Assembly (NCBI RefSeq): GCF_001194135.2 | Contig: NC_068982.1 | Coordinates: 136,144,960 to 136,208,959, forward strand | Length of the DNA stretch: 64,000 bases | Origin: Octopus bimaculoides | Lineage: Eukaryota | Reading direction: 5' to 3' | Part shown: positions 37,390 through 50,846 of the stretch, in pieces | How the letters are laid out: each line of letters starts with the position of its first letter | Numbering within the stretch: position 1 is the first letter of the stretch | Made by a program: the position numbers and the translations under genes | The notes under the pieces: generated by a model | What the model saw: only the letters and a program-made list of their open reading frames with translations | Told to the model about the DNA's origin: nothing | Databases searched by the model: none

Positions 37390-38255
37390 CGCGATGCTAC
37401 AAGATATGAGTGGAGTAAACAAGTAAACATGATGGCTATAGAGAGTTACTACCGGAGCACCCCAGTGGATGTGAATGGTGTGTTCGTCAAAGCGTACAGA
37501 AAACGAATGCACAATGCATGGAAAGCAATGAATCTGTTTGAAAATACTAAACAGTGATTATGTGACCAAGCAAGAGGAATACGAACGAATGAATGTTTAA
37601 TACAACTGAAACTAGAAGCTATTAAAAGAAGGATATCGTGTAATGCTTAGCATACAAGAAACGAAAATGGCATAGTAGAAGATATGGACATTTGTTCGCA
37701 AGTGTATACCAGCGTGAACTGTGAAAGAATTGAGGTCAGTGACTACTTAAACAATGAAGATCGATTAATAACTGACAAGATTTTCCATCTATTAAATACA
37801 GAAGGGACAGCGTTTATGTGCGACTTTAAGAAGGCTAACCAATGGAGACTAAATCAAGAGACAAGTAAAGTCAATAATATATTGAGACACATTGAAACAA
37901 AGAACATCACACAAACAAATAATCTTCTCAAGTCTGCTAATAGAACTGTGACGGGAAGGATGGGATTGAGAACAACTGAGAACAGAACAATGACGGATAG
38001 AGGAAGAAATAAACAACCTTACTAGAAAAGGAGAATTTCTGAAGATATAAACTCCTTGAACAGTGTAGTGTCAATACTTGTCAAGAAAAGAAATGGAGAA
38101 CTTAAGAATGAATGGAAATTCGAAAAAGTTAGGAAGACGTATGGTGTAGATACAAAAGGTCTGAATGTTGTAACTGAAAAACTGGAGCAGCTCATACATG
38201 CAAAGATAGCAAAGCTAACTATGTTTTAACAACGGATTAAACAATACCAGGATTG
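37390..38255 (+). mobile_element. R4/Dong-type LINE N-terminal ORF fragment
   Basis: EWSKQVNMMAIESYYRS..YRKRMHNAW..DQARGIRTN..LKLEAIKRRI and IETKNITQTNNLLK..QPY*KRRI..KGLNVVTEKLEQLIHAK resemble the Dong/R4 N-terminal region; multiple stops. Confidence 0.7.
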
Positions 38256-38329
38256 ACTATCACAAGGTTTATTATATGATTCCACATTCGTAGATCATTG
38301 AGTGCTTAGATCTGTTTGGAATTGCTAGA

Positions 38330-39445
38330 AATGTAATAACTTGCTCTAAAAGCAGGTAGTAATTTTACCATGTCTTTATTCTTAGTACACCTTTTGAAGA
38401 GTGCAGTTCGATTTTAACAGTTTTTAATAGATATTTTCAAAGCTATATAGGAAGTGACAAAGGAGCATATTCGGTATATTTTGCTTTATGAGTTCAATAA
38501 AGGCAACGGTGCAACGGAATGTGTGAGCAATATTAATGCTGTTTATAGGGATAGGACAATAAGCATAAGCCAATATGAACGGTGGTTCCAGAAATTCCGA
38601 GCCGGAAACTATAGCCTAGAAGACGAGCCTTGTCCTTGAAGAGCTCGACGAGGACGTCCTGCGAACCCTGGTGGAACAAAATCCAATCGTAACTGTTCAG
38701 AAATTAGCAGGGATACTTGGATTTGGTCATTCAAACATTCATCATCAACTCCGTGCTATCTGAAAAGTCAGCAGATGGGAGTTAATGATTTCTACAAGCT
38801 TTTCGAGTCTAATCGCGCGCAGAGAGTGAATGTGTGCTCTTCTTTGCTGTCAAATTTCACGAATGAGCCTTTTTTTATGGACAGAATAGTGAGTGTTGAC
38901 GAGAAAGAGGATCTCTATAAAATTGTCAAGTACTGAAGATAGGGGATAGGGAAAGGAGAAACACCGGTACCCCAGGCTAAAAAAGGTCTTCACCCACATA
39001 AGTTGTTGTTATCTGTTTGGTGAGATTTAGTCCACTTTGAACTTTTAAACCCAAACGAAACGATAACAAACAAGATCTACCCCAAGCAGCTTGAGCGGCT
39101 TAAGCCAGCGCTAGTAGAAAATCAACCATCTTTGGTTTCAAGACTAAATGTGTTTTTCCATCAAGATAATCCTCAGCCACGTACAGCGAGGATGACCTTC
39201 CAAAAGCCGGAGCAGTTTGAATGGGAAACGATGTTCCACCCATCATATTTGCCTAATATTGCTCCATCTGATTATCATTTATTCCGCAGTCTTCAAAATC
39301 GTTTGGACGGAAAAAATATGAATTTGTAGACCAGGTCAGAGGAGTATTTTCGTCATGGACAAGTGAATTTTGGAACAGGAGCTTTGGAGGTCTACCAGAT
39401 AGATAGAAAAACATTGTGGAAAATGAAGGAGAGTATATTTTAGAT
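38330..39445 (+). mobile_element. mariner transposase pseudogene (D,D34D type), TIRs not found
   Basis: TKEHIRYILLYEFNKG..WFQKFRAGNYSLEDEP, DRIVSVDEK, FFHQDNPQP, HPSYLPNIAPSDYHLFRSLQN; same family as 19,255-20,182. Confidence 0.9.
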
Positions 39446-39879
39446 GAAAAACTAACTTAGCTGCACCGCTTCTACGGTGCAGAATGTCATATTGTATTAA
39501 TCCAATAAAAGGCATCACATCTACATGGACAGCATAGAATGCTTAATATCACTTGCTTGCATCACCATTAAGCCTGTAACTCTTATATACATGAGCCAAT
39601 TTAGAAGCCTCTAAGGTTGGAAACAATAGCCAGATTTCTTTAAATCGCAGACTGATATCTTGCAAAAAGACACATTGAATAATGTTGTCATAGGAGAATT
39701 AGGCGAGATGATCGTGGTTGGAATGTTTTTTATCATAAATCTGGTAAATCATGATCCATGGCAAAAATTTGAACAATGACGATAAATCCTATCAGTTTTT
39801 GTAATCCATCCACTAAACAACCGATTTCACAGCACGCAATGAAGCTAGAATCAACATTAATTACAACGAAACTTGTTAC

Positions 39880-39882
<3 letters not shown>

Positions 39883-39973
<91 letters not shown>

Positions 39974-39985
39974 TCTCTCTTCCTC
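39883..39985. repeat. (TC)n microsatellite
   Basis: Direct reading. Confidence 0.95.
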
Positions 39986-40391
39986 TATTTCACTATTTTT
40001 CTCTGTTTGTCTCACTCTTACAGACAGACACACGCTATATGACTTTCTCTTCGCCTCTGTTCAATTCTAAGTCAATCAAGAAATATTTTTCTGTGTTCTG
40101 ATAATTAAATTTACTAAAGCAAACGTTTTCACCGATGAACATTATCACAATTTCGGTATAACTACTACAACATTGTACTAATATGTAATCTTACTCTGTA
40201 TAAACTACAATCAACGTGACCACTATCTGTAGAACAGTAATGTGTACTAAAAGTATGAATACTATGCTAGTCATTGTATGCGATGCTCCTCCATATATAC
40301 AGGGTATTTAGTGCAGAATCAGACCTTATATTCCCCAGCTGAATCACAAAACACACAATCTAAGGTCGATGCTATGGATTATGGAATAAAA

Positions 40392-40700
40392 GAAGTGGCC
40401 AAGTGATTAGAGGTATTTGGCTCAAGATCGTATGTTCGATCCCTGGTGGCACGTTGTACTTTTGAGCAAGACACTTTATTTAACATTGCCCCAGTTCACT
40501 CAGCTGACAAAAATGAGTTGTACTTGTAATTCAAAGGCCCGGCCTTGTCACATTCTATATCCCGCCGAATCTCCTGGAGAACAACTTTAAAGATGTTCGG
40601 ATTTGTGGAGTGCTCAGCTACTTGCGCGTTGAATTCATAGCAGGTGTTCGGTTGATCGGATAAATTGGAACCATAGGAGTTGCAAGCGACAAAGTGTCTG
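40392..40700 (+). mobile_element. SINE type C variant (C tail, shorter core body), degenerate
   Basis: GTGGCCAAGTGATTAG..GTTCGATCCCTGG head, CCCAGTTCACTCAGCTG core, and the tail shared with 7,142-7,330. Confidence 0.65.
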
Positions 40701-42490
40701 TTTTGATTAGAGCAGTTTCCGATGGCATTCAAATCCAGAGCGTCAGAAAAATAAAGTAAAACGTCTAACAAGTATTATTTTTAACCTTCTCAACAAAGAA
40801 TTACTGTGTAAAGTATTTTTACATTTTGTTTTATTTGTTTCAACCACTGGACTGCAAAGAACCCGTAGCACCACTTTAAAGAGTAAAGTCGATCAAGTCG
40901 TACTGAGTTCTTTGTACTTAAGACTTAAATCTCGTACTTATGCAGAACTTTTGCAGAATCACCAAGTACCAAGTTAAAAGGACGATTTTCAAACGTACTA
41001 GGAGGGAATCTATCCCACAAAAAAAACATTCAACCACTCGCACACATACGTAAATAGCACATATGTGTGTGTTTGTGTACACCCCCCACACACACACACA
41101 AACATGCACACACACATGTACATATACAAATACATATATTGCTATCTAGATATATACGTACAAAACACATACACACACAGACATATATATCGCTTCAGAC
41201 CATAGATCATACATCATACTCGCTCGCCTCTCACTAAATCATAATCTCAACAACGCCAACTGTATGACGTTACCATAATCATCCATACGAATTACACTAT
41301 GCGCAGTACATAACAAAGCAGAATGATATATTCTCCAACGTGTTTGATACCACAAAAAGCATTATATAGTGTACCAAAGAATTTTGTAAAATATGCACCG
41401 TACCAATGCAGTGAAATGTAGATCGGTGCATCGCGAAAATAATGAAACTATATTAAAAAATACGGAATGTTAAAAATAAAAGCTGGAGATGAATCAAAGC
41501 TATGTTTATCGCAAACATGTTCAAAGAAAAAAAATATAGTATAATACTCAAAACACAAAGTGAAGATTTTTTTTCCTTAACAAGTTGCATATATTCATTG
41601 AATAAAGAAGTAAGTATATTATAATTCTCTGCAGTTAAAATTTATCGACTAAATTTATATTTATTGAAGGAAATATACACCAGGTTCTTTTAATAAATTT
41701 CCTTGTTTTGGTTCACCAAGTACGCGAAAGTATTTTTATTAGCATTAAAGTGTGGAATTCTTAAAACACATTCTAGAAACCAATTGCGTACATATATATG
41801 TGTGTGTTTGTGTGTACGAAAACATGCAAATATGAATATATAATACAAATATGTATGTCGTTAAAAGCTTATACAATACCACTCCACTATAGTTGTCAGT
41901 TATATTAAAACTATAAATAAGAGTATCTAAAAGATACCATCATGCTAGAGATAGCGGTCAATCAAAACTTGACTCTAAAACCACATCAAGTATTCATACA
42001 GCACGAGGGGAGACGACAAGGAGACAAAATAAACTAGCAAAAAATTATTGGATAATTCCAGATCCCGGATTTCTGTCTTTGCATTAGAAATGCTTTGCCT
42101 CATCAGCGGAATATACACAAAATAGTACATAAATACAAATATATATATATACACAACATACGAATACTTACAAATATATATGTATATACAACATACGAAT
42201 TTGCAACTATATATAAGCTGGGGATTATAAAGAAACGAATAAATATCACGGAGGCAAATTGGCTGAAAGAAAAACGTAGAAAATAAAATGATAGGGCACG
42301 ATCTCCTGCATCGTGGCTGCCATCAGTATTCTCCAATATGTTCGATTAAGGCTGCACCAAATTTCCTCGTCTATAACCCCAGGAAAGAGTAAACAAGACT
42401 TGAAGCTTTTTCATTTAATTTGGAAGAATATCTTTCTTGGCTACGAAGTCATACTTGATTACGAATGATGGCTAAGAAAACGATATTTCT

Positions 42491-42800
42491 GGCAGTCCGT
42501 TGATTAGGACGACGAGAGTTCCAGTAGATCCGATCGATGGAACAGTCTGCTTGTGAATTGAACGTGCAGGTGGTTGAGTACTCAACGGAGGTGCTTAGTC
42601 TTAATGTAGTTCTCAGGGAGATTCAGCATGACAATAAGTGTGACAAGGTCGGCAATTTGAATTACAAGGACAGCCGCTTTTTACCAGCTGAGTGGCTGGA
42701 GCTATATGAAATAAAGTGTCTTGCTCAAGGATGGAACGCATTACTAGGAATTGAACTCACGTCCGCGAGGCGAATAACTTAGTCACTAAGCCACGTACCT
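42491..42800 (-). mobile_element. SINE type C variant
   Basis: Reverse-complement counterpart of 40,392-40,700. Confidence 0.65.
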
Positions 42801-43349
42801 TGGCAAGGGCAAGATATGAACCGTATAGCATAACACACCTTCTTTTCTACTAAACCACGACCTTAATACAACTAGTGTATGCTATATAACATCACCACGT
42901 CCTTTTATTTTAGCCAATGAAGGGTATTTTAAGTTCTTGTTCATCTTGCTAAAATTAGGATCCAGCAGGTAAGGGCAAATTAGATAATGTAACGATAACT
43001 ACAGCTAAAATAACGGGATGGCCATGGCCAGAATGCCTTTGATTATAGGTCCGCTCGATCAGTTTTGACATAGGGATAAAATATTCCATATATTTATTTC
43101 GATTTCTTTATAATCACCAGAAATTGCATGTAATCACACAGGTCGGTTTACTTCAACTCAATATAACCGTTCTTATACAATAGAGTAATGATGCATTTGA
43201 ATCTCATTAAACCAGCAACTTCACATGACCGCTTGCGAAACATGTCTTTTCTGCCATGAAACTACAATTTTCATGTATCATATACACTCACTACTACCCT
43301 AGTTCTGTCTCCTCATGGGTTCATATAATCGCAATGTACTCCAACCAAA

Positions 43350-43555
43350 TCTAAGCATAGGGCCTTGAAACTTTTGGGGGTAAGGGGATAATAGATTATA
43401 TGGTCTCCAGTGAGTAACTGGTATTTATTTCATCGACTGCGAAAGGAGTAAAGGCAATGTCGATCTCGGCGGAATTTGAACTCGGAACGTAGCGGCAGAC
43501 GAAATGCCGCTAAGCATTTCGCCCAGAGTGCTAACGATTCTGCCAGCTCGCCGCA
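43350..43555 (-). mobile_element. SINE type A
   Basis: Reverse-complement match to type A. Confidence 0.75.
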
Positions 43556-43646
43556 TTACAACCTTCATATAACTATAACTACCTTATACAATGTAAGGAT
43601 ATCTTTGCTAAGTCGATTATCAAATATACATCTTAATGTGTTATCA

Positions 43647-43689
<43 letters not shown>

Positions 43690-44160
43690 NNNNNNNNNNN
43701 NNNNNNNNNNNNNNNNNNNNNNNNNNNNNNNNNNNNNNNNNNNNNNNNNNNNNNNNNNNNNNNNNNNNNNNNNNNNNNNNNNNNNNNNNNNNNNNNNNNN
43801 NNNNNNNNNNNNNNNNNNNNNNNNNNNNNNNNNNNNNNNNNNNNNNNNNNNNNNNNNNNNNNNNNNNNNNNNNNNNNNNNNNNNNNNNNNNNNNNNNNNN
43901 NNNNNNNNNNNNNNNNNNNNNNNNNNNNNNNNNNNNNNNNNNNNNNNNNNNNNNNNNNNNNNNNNNNNNNNNNNNNNNNNNNNNNNNNNNNNNNNNNNNN
44001 NNNNNNNNNNNNNNNNNNNNNNNNNNNNNNNNNNNNNNNNNNNNNNNNNNNNNNNNNNNNNNNNNNNNNNNNNNNNNNNNNNNNNNNNNNNNNNNNNNNN
44101 NNNNNNNNNNNNNNNNNNNNNNNNNNNNNNNNNNNNNNNNNNNNNNNNNNNNNNNNNNNN
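43690..44160. other. Assembly gap (N run)
   Basis: Ns. Confidence 1.
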
Positions 44161-44262
44161 TAGGCTTACAAAGAATAAGTCTGAGACAATTTGCTCGACT
44201 AAAAAAAGGTGGTCCTCCAGTTTGGCCGCGGTTAAGTGACTGAAACAAATAAAAGAATGAAA
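44161..44262 (+). mobile_element. SINE type B 3' end (rest probably in the gap)
   Basis: TAGGCTTACAAAGAATAAGTC..GACTGAAACAAATAAAAGAATGAAAG. Confidence 0.7.
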
Positions 44263-44266
44263 GAAT

Positions 44267-44334
<68 letters not shown>

Positions 44335-45154
44335 CGAGAGAGAGGGAGAAAGAGAGATGAACTTTTTCACTAAAGAGTCGTTATGAAATGATCAAGCCCT
44401 TATTAGCACTACCTCCATAATTCCAAATGCAAAGTAGCGGCATCCCGACTCACGTCAGTGTAACTAGTGTTTCAATATCCATACAGAATGCAATATATTT
44501 TTAGATAATCATGCAGGCGTACGCTCGTACAAATTCGGTATCTCTTATTACATTCTCGCGTTCTGTCATTCTGTCCTCTGTGAGTTACCATCTAGATTCC
44601 CCTCCACTAAAACTGTTCTGCAAATACAGGGCGAATAAATATTTATTTTCTCTCTCTCTCTCCCTCTGTCTCTCTCAATCTCCTCCTCTCTCTCTTTCAC
44701 ACACGTATATCTCACCAAATATCTCATGGTATTTTCATATTTCCTTACAACAGTTTAAACAGAATCTATATTATTGAGTAAATATCACTTTTATTTTAGC
44801 AACTTTATATGATCAATATATTAGCAAGTAAAAAAAAATACCCCCACCTTTTTTATAATGACAATACCTTTATCACCATAAACACGACATAGGAATTTTT
44901 TTCTCGATAGAACGTAACCACCATAGAAATAGGAGAAACCATCAGCTTTTAAGCAAGCACATTATACAACAGAGGGAGCCCCTATAAGTTTGTTAGGTAA
45001 ATCCTAAACACCGTCCTAAACCTGTGCAAATACATGCAGCATACAGTTGCACTAAACAAATACTACTGTACAACAAGACAAGTGGTAGGGGACACTTTTG
45101 CTAAGAAGACCTCACCCATGCTCCTAAATCCGTATGCAATAATAGAATTTAGAA

Positions 45155-45580
45155 AGGCAGCGAGCCGGTAGAGACGTTAGCACGCCGGGCGAAATGCTTA
45201 GCGGTATTTCGTTTGCCTCTACGTTCTGAGTTCAAATTCCGCCGAGGTCAACTTTGCCTTTCATCCTTTCGGGGTCGATTAAATAAATACCAGTTACACA
45301 CTGTAGTCGATATAATCGACTTAATCCGTTTGTCAGTACTTGTTTGTCTCCTCTGTGTGTAGCCCCTTGTAGGCATTAAAGAAATAAGAAACGTTAGCAC
45401 GCCGGGCGAATTGCTTAGCGGTATTTCGTCTGTCTTTACGTTCAAATTCCGCCGAGGTCGACTTTGCCTTTCATACTTTCGGAGTCAATAAATTAAGTGC
45501 CAGTTGTGTACTGGGGTCGATATAATCGATTGTCTCCTTGCCCCAATATTTAGGGTCTTGTGCCTAGAGTAGAAGAGAAT
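45155..45580 (+). mobile_element. SINE type A, dimeric form
   Basis: Two successive head-core modules ending GTGCCTAGAGTAGAAGAGAAT. Confidence 0.85.
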
Positions 45581-45697
45581 ATTAACCGCTACTTTCAACA
45601 GCAAGGTGTGCGTCACAAGACAACAGCTCACTCCGCCTTAAAACTATTCACGATCATTATATAAAACTCACTCCAGCTCAGTCACTATTTCGAGATG

Positions 45698-45950
45698 CGG
45701 AGGCGCGTAGACTAGTGGTTAGAGTGTAGGACCCATGATTATAAGATTGTGGTTTCGATTCCTGGACCGGGCGACGTTTTGCGTTCTTGAGCAATGCACT
45801 TCATTTCACGCTCTTCCAGTCCACTCAGCTAGCAAAAATGAATAATCCTACGACGAACAAGAGTCCCGTCCATGTGGTGAATATATGCACCATGAAACCG
45901 GGAAACCAGCCCTTATGAGTCGGTATGACTCGAGAAAGTAACTTTAATAT
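45698..45950 (+). mobile_element. SINE with type C head and core but a different tail
   Basis: GGAGGCGCGTAGACTAGTGGTTAG..GGTTTCGATTCCTGG head, CCAGTCCACTCAGCTAG core, CATGAAACCGGGAAACCAGCCCTTATGAGTC tail. Confidence 0.7.
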
Positions 45951-48900
45951 TTTTACTATTTTCAGATCAACAGAAAATATAATCCTTTATTCTATCTCAA
46001 CTGTTGCTTTCAGTAACACATTATGCAGTATAGAAAACTCACTCACTACCTATAAAACAATATTTTCAGAATAGCATCAGACAATTTCACTTTAACACAT
46101 TTTATATTCACAATTTACAAGAGGGATACACGACTTATATATTGTACACCACCTGAACTGCAACTTTCAGCAACACTAAATACAATATCCACCTATTTTC
46201 TTACACTCCGCCTTCACTGTTAAGCTCTATGTACGCATCTCAGAAACAGCTCTTAATTTCATAAGTCGGTAGGAGGATATACTCAAAAGTAAACCCCTCA
46301 CCGCATATTAACCGCTACTTTCATTTGCAGGAGAACATCACACCACGCCACAAATGCTACTTTCTTTGTCACTGTATAAAACTCAAGAGCAGTTATTACT
46401 CCACTTTAACTTTACCATTCCGTTGCAGGGTATGAACTTAAAGTATACCTCTCACTCCACATTAACCGCTACTTTCTGTAGCAACGACAACATTTCACTC
46501 CTTACTAACTGCTACCTTCAATATCATTGTAATCAACCCGCTTCAACTCAAACGCTATATAGCATAGAAAATATAATCTCTAACTTTGCCGCAACTAACG
46601 CTTTCAGTAAAACCGTATACCGAACAGGAAAATATTTCACTCGCCGAAAACTAATTTTTTTTTTTTCATAATAACGCGATAAATCACAAGAGTATTTTAT
46701 TTTACACATACAACTAATCTTTTTTTATTCAATATCAAAGCGTACAGAGATGTGTTATTTTCATATTAAAAGATACTGTGTAATACAGCATAAGAACACG
46801 TTATCTCATTCCAATTACATTACTACATTGCAATAACTATTTACTCCGACTAAACCGCCGCTTTCATAATCACATTATACCACATAGCAACAACGATTTA
46901 TTTCACCGCTACTTCAGAATGACAGTATACAGCACACGACTAAATACACTGATTTCATTTCAACTGTAAACTTCATCGCACAACGCAACTCAAACACTCA
47001 CTCTATCTTAGATACTACTTTCGGCAGCTTCATTGATATATAACACAATAAAAGGCCTTATACCATCACGACCACTACTTTCAGAATCACGTTATACATC
47101 ACAAGAGGACTTCCCTTATTTCATTTTCATCTGAAATATCATAACGTGTGGCTCAATGTACAATGCAGGAATAATTCACTCTTCAAATTAAAAGCTTCTC
47201 TTATAATATAGCACCAGAACACACGTGGATTCATACAACTTGGATAAATGCATTTCGAAACCTCAGTAATATTTTCTTACATCAGCTTAATACTTACCAT
47301 TTCTTAATAGAAACATTTCTTATACTTTACCATAAATATTACGTTAGTGTCAATCTATACAACTAAGTAACACATTCTGATAATACAACTTTCCCTGCTG
47401 TTTCACTACTACTGTATACAACACCATAAGCGTCAGTACTATCGTATACAGCGCAGTAATGCTTTCTTACAACTCTAACGTAACAACTGTCTTCTCTATA
47501 TCAACACAGTAGCACTTTCTTATACTCCAGCATAACAGCCGCTTTAAGTGTCATTGTATATAACACACACAGTATGGATTTCCTGACTCCGCCTTAGCTA
47601 CTACTTTCAGCATCACCGTATGCAACACATTGACGCTTTCTTACACTCCACCTTTGTTGCCTTCATTATGATTGTCAATCAACAACACAAACACATTGTT
47701 AAATTACAACATTACTAATTTCATTATTATTGTAAATAACACAGAACGCTTTTTCTCCAACTTCATTTAAACTGCTATTTAACATAACAGTAAGTATAAT
47801 ACAGTAAGGAGCTTTCTCATACTCCATCTGAAATGCTCCTTTCAGTATCACTGTTTAGAAATCAGAGTCAACTCACACTCCACCTAAACTTCAATCTTCT
47901 TTAGCAAGGCATACGGCTTAACAAAATCTCTCACTCCACATTAACCGCTACTTTCATTAGCGCATAATATATATCCCCATAAAACGTCTCATTCCACCCA
48001 TACTGCTACTTTCACTATTAGTATATACAGTTCAGTGCAACTCAGCCGCTACCTTCAGTATACACCATAAGAAGACTTCTCACTCCACATTAAGCGCTGC
48101 TTCTATTAGCAGAGTATATGTATCACATGAAAACACCTTACTCCACCTTAACTGCTATTTTCACTATCGGAGTAAACAACTCGATGCACTTCTACTGCTA
48201 CTTACAATAATAAAGTGTACAGCATGGGAAAAAATCTATCACTCTCTTTAATCCGATATATTTAGAATCTCATATACAACGTATGGTCACATGATGTTAC
48301 ACACTGACAATTTCCTCCACTCCAGCTTAGCTATCAGTGTCACTGATACAGTATACGAGAGGGTAATGCTTTCTCGCACTCCGACTTAACTGCTACTGTC
48401 AATATAACTGTATACGACTCAGAACCAGCTCGCACTCCAACAAAAAGTCAATTTTCATTAGCAAGGTACACAGCATAAGAGAATCTGTCACACTACATTA
48501 ACTGCAACTTCCAGCAGCGCAGTATATAATCGCCGGTAAAATATTTTCATAAGTGTAGTAGATATCAACGGAAAAGATCTCACTCCATTCCAACTGCTAC
48601 TTTCTCTCTAGGTTTATACAATTCGCTGCAGCTCAACTCCTACTTTCTGTAAAGATGTATGCAGCACTGGAAGATTTTTCTATACCTGTAAACGGATATA
48701 TTCAGATTCATACTATAAAACAAAATAGCACATAATATCACACGCAAACTTATATTTGCTATTCAATATCCCAGTTTGCAAGACAGAGACGTGTTGTTTT
48801 ACATTAATATTACCTTTTATAATTTAACACCAGAGCCCATATTAAAGATTACTGTTGGAAGCTACGTTAGAATCACTATTAACAAGAGTGAAATCATTAT

Positions 48901-49587
48901 TTGCTTCCACTAAACTGCTACTTCCATAATCGCAGTATATCACAAGGAGGCAAAGAATCATTTAACTCCAACTTAACTGCTACATCTAGAATTGTTGTAT
49001 GAAGCGAAGCACTAACTCTAGATCTACTAACTTTAGTTAAATTGTTCTTTACGTATACAGCACATCAGAATCCCTCGCTACATTCTAAACACTAAACCTA
49101 AACCCAACAAAATCTCTCACACCAACGTAAGGCCTTCGTTCTCAATCAGCTAAAACAGCGCAAAACAAAATCAATTCATTTAATCTTCACTTAACCTAAA
49201 TGTATATATCATATCTAAATATACATTGTAGAAATAATATTCTTTAATGATTTATTATAAGAATACTCATGACTCAATTCCACATGGACGACTGTATATA
49301 AAATCCATTTTTCATTTAGAATCATTGATTGCTATACAGAAGACTTTCGTACACAGTACCCTAAAGCCCAGATGCACTTTCTTATACTCCACCTCAATTT
49401 CCACTTTTAGTATAGCTTGGTATAATACCGATTTACCTTAACTACTAATTTCAGTGTCACCTAAGACAGAAGAGCAATGCTTTCTTGCACCTCAACTCAA
49501 CTGCCACTTTCACTATCCATATAATCAGCACATTACGCTTTCACATACCCCATCTTAATTGCTACTTTTTGTAATAATATATGCAGT

Positions 49588-49759
49588 AGGCAGGAGTGGC
49601 TGTGTGGTAAATAGCTTGCTTATCAACCACGTGGTTCCAGGTTCAGTCCCACTGCGTTGCCCCTAGGACAAGTATTTTCTACTATAGCTTCGGGTCGACC
49701 AAAGCCTTGTGAGTGGATTTGGTAGACGAAACTGCACGAAGCCCGACACACACACACAC

Positions 49760-49811
<52 letters not shown>

Positions 49812-50025
49812 CGCGCGCTTGTGTGCCTGTGTTTGTACCCCCACCATCGTTTGACAACCGATGCTAATTTGTGTCCGGTTTCGTAAATAGCGGTTCTGCA
49901 AAAGAGACCCGATAGAATAAGTACTAAGCTTACAAAAAATAAGTCCTGGTGTCGATTTGTTCGACTAAAGGCTGTGCTCCAGTACAGTCGCACTCAAATG
50001 ACTGAAACAAATAAAAGAATAAAAG
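49588..50025 (+). mobile_element. SINE type B inserted in the array
   Basis: Full head GGCAGGAGTGGCTGTGTGGTAA, internal microsatellite and tail; splits an array monomer. Confidence 0.85.
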
Positions 50026-50139
50026 TACAGTAACGCTTCCTCACACTCCACTTAAATGTGACTTTCAGTATCACAGAAAATAACTTAGAATCAGCCCTTA
50101 TTCTATCTGAATCTCAACAATCACTAGCACAGTATAGAC

Positions 50140-50384
50140 CAGGGTTTCTCAACGGGAGCCAAAGCATTTCTTAGGGGCCATAACATATTAAACATTGTTG
50201 TTGCTGGTATCCTTTCGTCTCAGGAGACAATGGAGTTGCGCATAAACTACTCTTTCTAAACTTTCTACTTCTCTAGATGCCTTAAGCTGCGGGACAGAGT
50301 GGGGATAAAACCTTAGCATGGGAGCCATAGCAATTTCGCATTGCATTAAAGGAGGCCACGGCCAGCATGAGGTTGACAAAACTG
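50140..50384. mobile_element. hAT (Charlie-like) MITE
   Basis: Perfect 8-bp TSD GTATAGAC (50,132-39 and 50,385-92); termini CAGGGTTTCTCAAC..GTTGACAAAACTG. Confidence 0.85.
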
Positions 50385-50657
50385 GTATAGACTATAAGCA
50401 AACCTCTCACTCCATAGTAACCGCTACTTGCATTAGCGCAGTATTTAACATCAGAAAACGTTTCACTCTACCGATACTGCTACTCTCATTATCAACATTT
50501 AGAACTTACTGCATCTCAACTGTACTTTCAATAACACGGTATACAACGTAGGAAAACCTTTCACGTTCCATAATCAAATATTTCCAGTATCATGTTATAA
50601 ATTACTAGGACGCTTCATTGCAGATACATTTTTCTTCTACTCAATATTACAGTTTAC

Positions 50658-50846
50658 GACGCCGGGAAAAAATGCTTAGCGGCATTTCGTCCGTCTTTAC
50701 TTTCGGAGTTCAAATTCCACCAAGGTCGACTTTGGCTTTCATCCTTTCGGGGCCAATAAAATAAGTACTAGTTGAACACTGGGGCTGATATAACCGACTT
50801 ATCCCCGCTCCCGAAATTGCTGGACTTGTGCCAAAATTTGAAATGG
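50658..50846 (+). mobile_element. SINE type A, 5'-truncated
   Basis: Core and tail present; 14-bp TSD ATATTA(C/T)AG(T/G)TTAC at 50,644-57 and 50,847-60. Confidence 0.8.

Noticed and set aside
9865-44370. ORFs rich in YI, CV, HT, SL, poly-I, poly-H or poly-Y
   Set aside because: Translations of (TA)n, (TG)n, (CT)n and (ATT)n microsatellites; no coding evidence.
1440-45780. tRNA-like sequences at SINE heads (e.g. 1,450-1,521; 5,590-5,660; 7,445-7,520; 45,698-45,775)
   Set aside because: They have A/B boxes but continue into SINE bodies and lack a complete cloverleaf; treated as SINE heads, not tRNA genes.
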